Virus record (IMG/VR): IMGVR_UViG_3300048080_000224
Coordinates: 1-31,755 of that record
DNA from: a virus
Lineage: Duplodnaviria; Caudoviricetes
Reading direction: 5' to 3' (one strand)
DNA length: 31,755 nucleotides
Positions 7,487 through 15,636 of the stretch are shown here, piece by piece (the first letter of the stretch is position 1; every line of letters begins with the position of its first letter). The translations under genes were made by a program, and so were the position numbers. The notes below the pieces were generated by a model, which did not search any database, was not told where the DNA came from, and was given only the letters and a program-made list of their open reading frames with translations.

Positions 7487-7511
7487 AGCCCCGGTGATCC
7501 CGGGGCTTCTT
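7487..7511 (+). terminator. GC-rich hairpin (weak terminator or mRNA stabiliser) between protease and capsid genes
   Basis: AGCCCCGG-TGATC-CCGGGGCT followed by TCTT. Confidence 0.5.
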
Positions 7512-7525
7512 CATGTGGAGAACCA

Positions 7526-8890
7526 ATGGAACTAACTCGCTACCAGGGGGCCGTGCTGCCCCCGATGATCGCCACCCTGCTTGCCCTCGGCATCGAGATT
7601 GAGCCGCTCGGGCATCGCAAAGATGGCTCGCCGATCTGGCCGATGAAGGGCGCCGCCGGTACTGCTGCCGAGCTGGCGAACCAGCTCACGACGAAGCGCC
7701 AGGAGCATGGTGCCTGGCTCGCCCAGTACAAGAAGGACGACGGCTATGACATGCCGGCCGAGAAGGTCGGCGAATACCACACCCGCGCCGCCGAGCTGAC
7801 GAAGCTCCAGGGCGAGTGGCAGACGGCCGCCACGATCGAGAAGGACGCGGCTGCGACCGAGGCCGCCAACGCCCCGCAGGGCCGCCTCGTCAAGGATGGC
7901 GAGCGACCCGGTGAGACGAAGGATGGCGCTGGCCGGCTGGAGACGAAGGCGCAATTCGATGCCGCCTTCAAGTCGGCCTTCGACTCGAACGCGGAGATCC
8001 TCAGCCGGATCGCCAAGGGCGGCCGGGGGACAGTCAGCTTCGATCTCAAGACCGATCTCAAGACGACGATCCTGACCACGGTCCACGCGCCGCAGGCGGA
8101 CCGCGCCGGCACGTTCCCCTCGGCGCTCTTCTACGGCAACGTGGAAGACCTGTTCATGCATGAGCCGACCGATTCCAAGTCGGTCGACTACTTCATCCAG
8201 ACGACGGACACGGACAACGCCGCGGCCGTGGCCGAGGCGACGGCAGCGACCGATTCGGCGTTCGCGTGGACCCTGACGACGGACCCGGTCGAGACGGTCT
8301 CGACGTGGATCCCGATGAGCCATGAGTCGATCGCCGACAACGTCGGCCTCCAGGGCACGGTCCAGGGCATGCTCGCCATCCGGCTTCAGAAGAAGTCGAA
8401 CAACCTCATGCTCGCCGGTGACGGCGTCACGCCGAACCCGACCGGTGTCTTCATCCGGACGGGCTTCCAGACCCAGGCCAAGGGCGCCGATCCGGCGTTC
8501 GACGCCATCCACAAGGCGATCACGAAGGTCGAGGTCACGGGTGACGCCACGGTTGACGCCATCGTCATCCACCCGACCGACTGGCAGAACCTCCGCCTGA
8601 CGCGCACGACGGACGGCGTCTACATCCTCGGCAACCCCGCGGACAGCGCAGCGCTGAACCTGTGGGGCCTGCCGGTCCGCAAGACGACGGGCATCGGCGC
8701 CGCGGGCACCGCCGGCGTGGGCGCCTTCGGCACGTGGGCGTCGGTCCGCGAGCGAGAGGGGCTGGTCGTCGAGATCAGCACCGAGCACTCGACGTTCTTC
8801 ACCGAACGGAAGGTCGCGCTCCTGCTCTATCGGCGCTTCGCCGTGGCGGACTACCGACCTGCCGCGTTTGCCACAGTGACCGGCCTTTAG
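7526..8890 (+). CDS. Major capsid protein, HK97 fold (454 aa, with N-terminal scaffold-like region)
   Basis: AAAVAE, LAGDG..PNPTGV, IVIHPTDWQNLRLTRTTDGVYI, LWGLPV, FTERKVALL..R......PAAF. SD GGAG. Confidence 0.95.
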   Translation: MELTRYQGAVLPPMIATLLALGIEIEPLGHRKDGSPIWPMKGAAGTAAELANQLTTKRQEHGAWLAQYKKDDGYDMPAEKVGEYHTRAAELTKLQGEWQTAATIEKDAAATEAANAPQGRLVKDGERPGETKDGAGRLETKAQFDAAFKSAFDSNAEILSRIAKGGRGTVSFDLKTDLKTTILTTVHAPQADRAGTFPSALFYGNVEDLFMHEPTDSKSVDYFIQTTDTDNAAAVAEATAATDSAFAWTLTTDPVETVSTWIPMSHESIADNVGLQGTVQGMLAIRLQKKSNNLMLAGDGVTPNPTGVFIRTGFQTQAKGADPAFDAIHKAITKVEVTGDATVDAIVIHPTDWQNLRLTRTTDGVYILGNPADSAALNLWGLPVRKTTGIGAAGTAGVGAFGTWASVREREGLVVEISTEHSTFFTERKVALLLYRRFAVADYRPAAFATVTGL

Positions 8891-8923
8891 GTCTCCGCTG
8901 ACTCCTGAAAGGAGACCCCACCG

Positions 8924-9364
8924 ATGCCTATCAGCCCACCCACCCCCCTCGAAGAGGACGCGCTCATCCGAGCCATCCTGATCGTCCGCGGACGTTACGA
9001 CTTCGCGGTCGACGGCGGCGCGGCCAGCACGATCGCCATCACGTCCGGCACACCGATCCCGTCGGGCTCGGTCATCCTCGGCGGCTACGTGAACGTCCTC
9101 ACCGCGCTCACGTCCGGCGGCGCGGCAACGATCGCCTGCCAGGTCGAGGCTGCGAACGACATTCTGACGGCCGTTGCCGTCGCGACCTGGGACGTCACCC
9201 CGGTCCTCAAGAATGTCCTGCCGTCACCGACGACAGGCGCGTTGACCGACAGCACCGCCGTCAAGACGACGGCCGCGCGGAACATCTCGATCGTCATCGC
9301 GACGGCCGACCTCACGGCTGGGAAGTTCGACGTCGTCCTGTACGTCGTTCCGCCGGTTGCATAG
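8924..9364 (+). CDS. Putative capsid decoration / structural protein (146 aa)
   Basis: Directly follows the capsid gene, strong SD AAAGGAG, beta-rich (YDFAVDGGA...DLTAGKFDV). Confidence 0.55.
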   Translation: MPISPPTPLEEDALIRAILIVRGRYDFAVDGGAASTIAITSGTPIPSGSVILGGYVNVLTALTSGGAATIACQVEAANDILTAVAVATWDVTPVLKNVLPSPTTGALTDSTAVKTTAARNISIVIATADLTAGKFDVVLYVVPPVA

Positions 9365-9366
9365 CC

Positions 9367-9615
9367 ATGACGGACGTTCTGTACGTCAATGCGGACTGGT
9401 CGGCCCTCGTGCCGGCCGGTTCGCCCGATGCCGCCTTCGGGATCACTCCCAAGGATGCACAGCGGCGGGGCTTGGTTGCCGCCAGCGAACCGCTCGATGA
9501 GCTGAAGGTGCTCATGAGCGCCAACCTGCTGCCTGCGCAGGAGGACCACATGGCCGAGGCCAAGGAAGCTCCGAAGCCGGCCGACAAGTCCATGACGAAG
9601 CCGAAGACGAAGTAG
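9367..9615 (+). CDS. Hypothetical protein (82 aa, Lys/Pro-rich tail)
   Basis: Tight spacing within the operon; codon bias. Confidence 0.7.
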   Translation: MTDVLYVNADWSALVPAGSPDAAFGITPKDAQRRGLVAASEPLDELKVLMSANLLPAQEDHMAEAKEAPKPADKSMTKPKTK

Positions 9616-9625
9616 GAGCTAGGCG

Positions 9626-9997
9626 ATGGCGACCGTCCAGGCAAACCCCGGCGATGCCGTCACGCTAGGCACCGCGCAAACAGGCAATGTCGACACGACC
9701 AACACGGCCTTCCGCCTTCAACGTGACGGCGGAGGCGCCGTGGTCATCACCTCGACGATCGGCGCAACGCCGACCGTCACGGCCAATATCCAGGGCTCGG
9801 TCGACGGCACCACCTGGTTCAACATTCCCTACTCGCTCGTGGCCACGCCACGAACGTTCGTGCTCACCGCGATCACGATCACCACGGCCGTGACGACGAC
9901 TTATCTGCTCCAGGAACTCGTCTTCTGGCGCTTCGTGAAGGTCGTCTATTCGGCCAATACCAATGTGACGCTGACCACGACCGCCTATCTGAACTGA
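9626..9997 (+). CDS. Putative structural beta-sandwich protein (123 aa)
   Basis: SD AGGAG; Thr-rich; IQGSVDGTTWF motif. Confidence 0.65.
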   Translation: MATVQANPGDAVTLGTAQTGNVDTTNTAFRLQRDGGGAVVITSTIGATPTVTANIQGSVDGTTWFNIPYSLVATPRTFVLTAITITTAVTTTYLLQELVFWRFVKVVYSANTNVTLTTTAYLN

Positions 9998-10000
9998 TCC

Positions 10001-10297
10001 GTGACGACCAGGTTCGTCTGCGGATGGTGCGGCCACACGACGGCGGGTAATCCCTGCTCGTCGTGTGGCCGCGATTTTGTGTTGCCGTGGACGCAGCGCG
10101 GGCTCGACCCGCCGATCGCTCGAGCGGACAGCGGCCGGCCGCAGCTCGACGAAGCCGTGATCCGCTCGCTGTACCAGGCGGCACGGACGGCACTCACGGC
10201 CGCTGGGCGGCCTGTGACGGTCGACGCGTTGGCCGAGGAACTCGACAGGAGCCCGAGAACGGTCAGGGATTGGAAACAGCGCTTCGGGCTGGAATAA
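10001..10297 (+). CDS. Zn-ribbon + C-terminal HTH protein, putative transcription regulator (98 aa)
   Basis: CGWC..PCSSC and TVDALAEELDRSPRTVRDWKQR. Confidence 0.7.
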   Translation: MTTRFVCGWCGHTTAGNPCSSCGRDFVLPWTQRGLDPPIARADSGRPQLDEAVIRSLYQAARTALTAAGRPVTVDALAEELDRSPRTVRDWKQRFGLE

Positions 10298-10298
10298 A

Positions 10299-10346
10299 CC
10301 GCCGCTTTCCTGCCGCTTCTCCGCCTATATCCCGCCGGCTCCCGAC
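10299..10346 (+). repeat. Helically phased CCGCC-like direct repeats (putative binding array)
   Basis: CCGCC 10299, CTGCC 10310, CCGCC 10321, CCGCC 10332, CCGAC 10342. Confidence 0.65.
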
Positions 10347-10374
10347 CCCACCCTGACGCTATGAGGCTGCCCTA

Positions 10375-10983
10375 ATGGCCACGGCCATCGGTACTTACGC
10401 GACCACGGCCCTCGCCAAGGAAGCGATGGGCATCACGAACGCGACCGATGACGTCCTCATCGGCAAACTCGTGGACCGGGTCAACGGCTGGATCGAATGG
10501 CGGGTCGGGCGGGTCATCGCGCCGATTGCCTCGGTCACCTACACGTTCGATGGCAACGGGACCAATCGGCTGTCCGTGGTCGCCGGCGTCCGGGCCATCA
10601 CGACCCTGACCGTCGCCCCGTCCACCGGCGCGACAGCCGTCGCGGCTGCGGCGGCCGACATTTTCATCCGGCCCGTCGCCCAGGAACGGCTGACGGGCTG
10701 GCCGGGTGAGGAGATCTGGCTGTCCGATCGGCCGACCGGCTCGGTGTCCATCTTCTCGCGCGGCTTCGGGACGGTGGCCGTCACGGCGACCTTCGGCTGG
10801 GCGGTCATCCCCGACGAGATCACGTCGATCGCGCTGACGTGTGTGGCGGCGGCATGGGCGCGCCGCAAGGAAGGCAACGTCGACGTCATCACGATCGGCG
10901 AGGACGGCGACCGGACGTTCATCGCCTACCTCAGTCGTGAGGAACGGCGGGTCCTCGAGATCTACACGGCGCATCCCCGATGA
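10375..10983 (+). CDS. Head-tail connector/adaptor (gp6/gp15-like)
   Basis: YATTALAKEAMGI...DDVLI...WIE..VGR N-terminus and VTATFGWAVIPDEI. Confidence 0.8.
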   Translation: MATAIGTYATTALAKEAMGITNATDDVLIGKLVDRVNGWIEWRVGRVIAPIASVTYTFDGNGTNRLSVVAGVRAITTLTVAPSTGATAVAAAAADIFIRPVAQERLTGWPGEEIWLSDRPTGSVSIFSRGFGTVAVTATFGWAVIPDEITSIALTCVAAAWARRKEGNVDVITIGEDGDRTFIAYLSREERRVLEIYTAHPR

Positions 10984-11432
10984 CGCTCGACATCGATGCC
11001 ATCGCCGAGGCGCTCGCGACGCGCTACTCGGCGCTGACCCCGCCGACCGGCTACACGGCCATCCATGCCGCCACCTCGCACGCCGCCAATGCCGCCGTCC
11101 AGACGCCGTATCTCATCGTCTGGACGCGGACCGGCGAGCTCGTGTACAGCGGCGGCGGGCTTCGCCAGGGTGAGACGGACTTCGATGTCGTCCTCTACCT
11201 CGACCGGGCGCAGCACGACATGCCGCGCGAGACCGAACGGCTCCAGAAGTGGGTCGGCGTCCTGCTCGATGCCACCCACGCGGCGACAAAGCTCGGCCTC
11301 TCGGCCACGGTGCTGAAGGCGTTGCCGGTGTCGTGGGAGATCGACGACCAGCGTTACGCCGGACCGACGTACGACATCCTGCGGATCAGGGTCCGCGTCT
11401 GGACCGAAGACACCGTGACGTTGGTGGCCTGA
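10980..11432 (+). CDS. Putative tail terminator / neck protein (150 aa)
   Basis: Size, position, IAEALATRY...PYLIVW pattern; ATGA coupling. Confidence 0.6.
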   Translation: MTLDIDAIAEALATRYSALTPPTGYTAIHAATSHAANAAVQTPYLIVWTRTGELVYSGGGLRQGETDFDVVLYLDRAQHDMPRETERLQKWVGVLLDATHAATKLGLSATVLKALPVSWEIDDQRYAGPTYDILRIRVRVWTEDTVTLVA

Positions 11433-11881
11433 TGGCCGTCGGCGTCGACGTGCGCGGCATGCCCGAAGTCATGGCTGCCCTTGATGGGCTCGGCGGCAAG
11501 CACATGAACGCCGCGCTGCAGAAGGCATCGACCGCCGGCGCCAAGGCGATCAAGCCGTACGTCCAGGCGGAGGCACCGCGCCGGAAGGGCAAGCTGCGCC
11601 GTGCGGTTTCAGCCCGCAAGGCCAAGCGCGACCTCCCGGCGGCCGTGGTGTCGGCTCGCCCGAAGGTCGCGTTCTACCGGCACATGGTCATCGGCGGCAC
11701 GAAACCCCACCGCATCCGCTTCCATGACCAGAAGGCGGCCGGCGTCCCGAAGTCGCAGGGCAACATTCAGCACCCCGGCGCCCGCTCCAACCCGTTCGTC
11801 GAGCGCGGCTTCGAGAAGGGCGAGGACGCCGCGCTGCGAGCCATCGATGCCGTCATCGATGCCTACCTCGAAAGCCTGTGA
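11432..11881 (+). CDS. HK97 gp10-like neck / tail-completion protein (149 aa)
   Basis: VRGMPEV...EAPRRKGKLRRAV...FYRHMVIGGTKPH...HPGARSNPFVERG. Confidence 0.85.
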   Translation: MAVGVDVRGMPEVMAALDGLGGKHMNAALQKASTAGAKAIKPYVQAEAPRRKGKLRRAVSARKAKRDLPAAVVSARPKVAFYRHMVIGGTKPHRIRFHDQKAAGVPKSQGNIQHPGARSNPFVERGFEKGEDAALRAIDAVIDAYLESL

Positions 11882-11891
11882 AGGAGCCCCC

Positions 11892-12128
11892 GTGAAGATC
11901 GACCCGACGAGCACCAGCATTGTCCTCAGATACACCGGCACCGACGCCGGCGAGCCCTTCATCAGCGGCATTCCTGCTAGCGACCTGACGGAGAACGACC
12001 TGGCACGCCTCGCCTCGAGGCGAGGTGATGACACGGAGAAGGGTCTCGACCAGCTCGTCGCCGAGCTCGTCGCCGGGCCTTATCGCAAGACCACTGCGCC
12101 GGCAGCCTCCGGCAAATCGGAGGACTGA
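11892..12128 (+). CDS. Hypothetical protein (78 aa)
   Basis: SD AAGGAG before GTG; LRYTG...FISGIPASDLTE. Confidence 0.65.
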   Translation: MKIDPTSTSIVLRYTGTDAGEPFISGIPASDLTENDLARLASRRGDDTEKGLDQLVAELVAGPYRKTTAPAASGKSED

Positions 12129-12131
12129 CCA

Positions 12132-13139
12132 ATGGCCGAGATGGTGTTCGACAAGATTCAGTTCGGCCGGCAGTCGGCCTACATCACGGCCGTCGCCGCG
12201 ACGACTGTCTTCCCCGGCAAGGCGACGGCGTTCGACCTCGACCGCGGCTACCTCAACCCGGACGAGGACTTCGGCCGACTTGACGACGAAGCACCGGGCC
12301 GCGGCTCGTGGGGTGTCCGCGGCGCGAGTTGGCAGATCGCCGCGCCGCTGCGCTTCCAGGACTACATGCATATCCCGGACATGCACCTCGCGGTGGCCGG
12401 CGCGCCGTCGGGCGTCGGGCCGTACACGTACACCCATACCTCGGATTCCACATCCCTGACGCCGAAGCCGTACACGATCGAGATGGGCTCCGAGGACGCG
12501 CTCGACCAGTGGGAGATCCACGGCTGCCTGGCGACCGAGGTCTCACTCGGCTTCGACGAGCTCTCCGCACCGGGCAACGCGCCGTGGATGTGGGATGTCA
12601 CGGGCATCGGTATCGACCGGGCGATCGCTGCCCGGACCGCCGCCCTGTCACCACCGGCCACGCTGGAGACGGCGGAAGGCCACCTGACCTTGCTCAAGGA
12701 AGGCACCACCGGCACAGCCTTCGGATCGCTCGCCGAGCTCGCCACGTCGCTCAAAATGTTCCGCCTCACCTCGAGCGTGCCGTACACCCTGCGAGCCCAT
12801 GGCTCGGCGACGGACCTCGCCGATTCGTACGGTGTGTCGGGCAGGGCCGGCATCACGTTCACGGCCGGCATCAAGATCGGCTCGACGGCAAAGACCGACA
12901 CGCACGACATCTACAATGTCGCGGGCTCCGTCATCACCGAGCGGCGCTGGCGGATGCTGATCGACGGCTCGGGCAACAACGTCCTCACCATCGATGCGCG
13001 CGTTCGCTTCCGCGTCGTGTCACGGACGGAGCACGAGGGCCAGGCGCTCTACGGCCTTGAGGGCTCGTTCGTCTATGACGCGACGCTCGGCGGCCGGATC
13101 CAGATCATCGGCGTCAACGACGTCGCGTCGATCCCGTGA
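12132..13139 (+). CDS. Major tail (tube) protein (335 aa)
   Basis: KIQFGRQSAY N-terminus, YTYTH...PYTIE; lies before chaperone and tape measure. Confidence 0.8.
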   Translation: MAEMVFDKIQFGRQSAYITAVAATTVFPGKATAFDLDRGYLNPDEDFGRLDDEAPGRGSWGVRGASWQIAAPLRFQDYMHIPDMHLAVAGAPSGVGPYTYTHTSDSTSLTPKPYTIEMGSEDALDQWEIHGCLATEVSLGFDELSAPGNAPWMWDVTGIGIDRAIAARTAALSPPATLETAEGHLTLLKEGTTGTAFGSLAELATSLKMFRLTSSVPYTLRAHGSATDLADSYGVSGRAGITFTAGIKIGSTAKTDTHDIYNVAGSVITERRWRMLIDGSGNNVLTIDARVRFRVVSRTEHEGQALYGLEGSFVYDATLGGRIQIIGVNDVASIP

Positions 13140-13627
13140 GCAGCTTCAACGCCAGCCGCTTCGCGGATCCCAACCGCACCGATGTCCTGCCGCTGGGGCC
13201 GTGCCAGTGCCCGGGCACGCCCCACGAGGCGGGCGACCAGGTCGTCTATCGCCAGGAACTAGGCGCGGGTGAGATGGAGCGCGTCGGCGTGTGGGGCTGG
13301 GCGGCGACCGGCTACCAGTACTATGACTCAGCGGCCGCCCGCTGCAAGCTCATCGAGATCGGCGTCGTTCGCTGGAACCTGCTCGGTCCCGATGGCCAGG
13401 CGATGGACGTCACGGTCGCCAACGCGGCGCTGCTCGACGACGAGACGCAGACGCTCATCGCCGCCAAGCTTGATGAGGTGACGGCCCCGCGCAAGCTCCC
13501 AAAAGGCTCCGGCGGGCGCTCACCGAATGGACATCGGGCGAACGGATCACCTACCCGGAGGGCATCGAGGGGGCGTTCCTCTACGACGTCCTCCTCACGA
13601 CCCGTGGCTGGGGCCGCGACGACCTGA
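13136..13627 (+). CDS. Tail assembly chaperone (G)
   Basis: Between tube and tape measure; low-complexity Ser/Arg tail after the slippery site. Confidence 0.85.
   Translation: MSSFNASRFADPNRTDVLPLGPCQCPGTPHEAGDQVVYRQELGAGEMERVGVWGWAATGYQYYDSAAARCKLIEIGVVRWNLLGPDGQAMDVTVANAALLDDETQTLIAAKLDEVTAPRKLPKGSGGRSPNGHRANGSPTRRASRGRSSTTSSSRPVAGAATT
13498..13504 (+). promoter_or_regulatory. Programmed -1 frameshift slippery site C CCA AAA
   Basis: In-frame X XXY YYZ heptamer; the -1 frame is open to 13854. Confidence 0.85.
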
Positions 13628-13854
13628 TGCTGGCGTCGGCTGAGTTCCGTTCTGCAGCCCACCACGTGCTGTTCGCGGAGCGCGTGCTGCCGCTGCTGCA
13701 TGAGGCCGAGACGGTCATTGACACGGCCGAAGCCGTCGCACGCGGCGCGTCGCCGGCGATGAGCATGGCCGACCGGGCGGCGCTTGGCGAGCAATACACG
13801 ATCGCCAAGACGGTCGCGCCGGAGCTCCGGGAACTGCTCTACCCGGAGGACTGA
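13498..13854 (+). CDS. Tail assembly chaperone T frame (G-T fusion ~239 aa)
   Basis: -1 frame reads PKRLRRALTEW...RGWGRDDLMLASAEF and continues into ORF 13627..13854. Confidence 0.8.
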   Translation, partial: PKRLRRALTEWTSGERITYPEGIEGAFLYDVLLTTRGWGRDDLMLASAEFRSAAHHVLFAERVLPLLHEAETVIDTAEAVARGASPAMSMADRAALGEQYTIAKTVAPELRELLYPED

Positions 13855-13855
13855 G

Positions 13856-15634
13856 ATGGCGACCAAGGAACTCGCCATCCTGATCCGCGCCAAGGATCTC
13901 GCGTCGCGGACGATCGCCGGTGTTCGCAAGGAAGTTGGCAGCCTCGGCGCTGTCGGCAGCAAGGCGATGCACGGCCTGACGACGGCGATCAAGACGGTCG
14001 GGCTTGCCGCTGGCGTGGGTCTTGCCGCGGCCGTGGGCTTCGGTATTCGCTCGCTGGTGGATCTTGCCCGGACGACCGGCCAGACCAACGCCGTCATCGA
14101 ATCGACGGGCGGCATCGCCGGCGTCACCGCGAAGGACGTCCGCAAATACGCCGAGGATCTGGAGAACCTGACGACCGTCGACGACAAGGTCATCCAGGAC
14201 GGCGAGAACATGCTGCTGACGTTCACCGGGATCAGCAAGAAGGCCTTCCCGCGGGCCACGAAGGCCGCGCTGGACATGGCCGTCGCGATGGCCGGCGGCG
14301 ATGTCGCGCAGGTCGATATGAAGGCGTCGGCGATCCAGCTTGGCAAGGCGTTGAACGATCCGATCAAGGGCGTCACGGCGCTCTCGAAGGTCGGCGTGTC
14401 ATTCACCAAGCAGCAGAAGGACCAGATCAAGGCGCTCGTCGAGGCCGGTGACACCTATGGCGCCCAGACGATCATCCTCAAAGAACTGGAGCTGGAGTTC
14501 GGCAAGGCCGGTGAGGCGGCCGGCAAGGGCCCTGCCGCGGTGTGGCGACGTCTCCAGGATGTCGGCGAGGATCTGTCAGTCGCGCTGGCGCGCGGCCTCC
14601 TGCCCGTCCTCGAGCGGGCTGGGACATGGCTGACGACGAAGCTCGCCGACCCGGCCGTGGTTGCCGCCATCGACGAGATCGGCCAGGGCCTCGGCCGGGC
14701 TGCCGGGCAGTTCATGGACTTCATCGAGACCGTCGACTTCAAGGCCATCGGCGCTGGCTTGGAGACAGCGGCCGGCTTCGCGGGCGGCATCGTCTCGGCC
14801 TTCATGGGCATGCCCGATTGGGTGAAGGCTGCCGTCGTCTCCGGCTGGGGCCTGAACAAGCTCACGGGCGGGGCGCTGGGGTCCATCGTCAGCGAGCTCG
14901 GCAAGGGCCTCATCAAGGGCGTGCTCGGCATGAATGCCGGCGTAGTCAACCTCAACGCCGGCGTCGTCAACGGCGCAGGCGGCGCCGGCGGCGCGGGCGG
15001 CGGAGGCGGCGTCATCCCGACCGTCCTGAAGGTGGCGGCTGTCGCCATCCCGGCTGCGCTCGTGGCCAATGCTGTGGCCACGGAGCTCGAGCGCCAGGCG
15101 GAAGAGGGCGTCGCCGGTGTCCGGGCGCGCCAAGCGGCCTCGGCGACGCAGAACGTCCTCACGGTCGCCGACCTCGAGAAGCAGCTCGCGGCCACAAAGA
15201 CGGCCATCGACCAGTCCCAGAGCGTCCTCCTCCTCAACAGTCCGGCGCTGGCCGAGCTGAAGGCCATGCGTGCCAGCATCGAGGCCCAGCTCGCCGTCGC
15301 CAAGGCGCCGAAGAACGTGTCCGGCTCGCCCGACGAGCGCGGCGAGCGGGCCGAGGCACGGATACAGAGCCGCGAGGCGAACGCGGCCGCCCGCAGCGGC
15401 GAACGCCAGGCGGCGCGCTCAGCGACCGCTTCCGAGTATTCCCTCGCTCAGCTGCGGGCCGGCGAGGTCAACGAGGGCTACCGCTCGGCGGCCATCATCG
15501 CCGCGATCAACCACCTGGGCTCCGTTCTCGGACAGCCACCGCTCGTCACGGTCAACGTCACGGCACAGGCCGTCACGCGCGCGCAGGTCGCGGTCAGGCG
15601 GGCCGGCAACACGAGTCGGCTGCAGGCGCAATAG
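13856..15634 (+). CDS. Tape measure protein (592 aa)
   Basis: MATKELAILIRAKDLAS start after SD GGAGG; SAIQLGKALNDPIKGVTALSKVGVSF; Ala/Gly-rich helical. Confidence 0.93.
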   Translation: MATKELAILIRAKDLASRTIAGVRKEVGSLGAVGSKAMHGLTTAIKTVGLAAGVGLAAAVGFGIRSLVDLARTTGQTNAVIESTGGIAGVTAKDVRKYAEDLENLTTVDDKVIQDGENMLLTFTGISKKAFPRATKAALDMAVAMAGGDVAQVDMKASAIQLGKALNDPIKGVTALSKVGVSFTKQQKDQIKALVEAGDTYGAQTIILKELELEFGKAGEAAGKGPAAVWRRLQDVGEDLSVALARGLLPVLERAGTWLTTKLADPAVVAAIDEIGQGLGRAAGQFMDFIETVDFKAIGAGLETAAGFAGGIVSAFMGMPDWVKAAVVSGWGLNKLTGGALGSIVSELGKGLIKGVLGMNAGVVNLNAGVVNGAGGAGGAGGGGGVIPTVLKVAAVAIPAALVANAVATELERQAEEGVAGVRARQAASATQNVLTVADLEKQLAATKTAIDQSQSVLLLNSPALAELKAMRASIEAQLAVAKAPKNVSGSPDERGERAEARIQSREANAAARSGERQAARSATASEYSLAQLRAGEVNEGYRSAAIIAAINHLGSVLGQPPLVTVNVTAQAVTRAQVAVRRAGNTSRLQAQ

Positions 15635-15636
15635 CC

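Noticed and set aside
7532-8788. Long alternative-frame or antisense ORFs over capsid, tape measure, tail, GT-C and YqaJ genes (also 13321..14454, 15270..17072, 19903..21387, 20055..21482, 22267..23781)
   Set aside because: Arg/Pro-rich shadow frames overlapping well-supported genes.
14971-15010. GGC-rich microsatellite in the tape measure gene
   Set aside because: Simply encodes a Gly/Ala linker.
14542-15636. N-terminal 365 aa of the 1155-aa ORF
   Set aside because: Out-of-frame overlap with the tape measure gene; protein-like sequence begins at GTG 15637.
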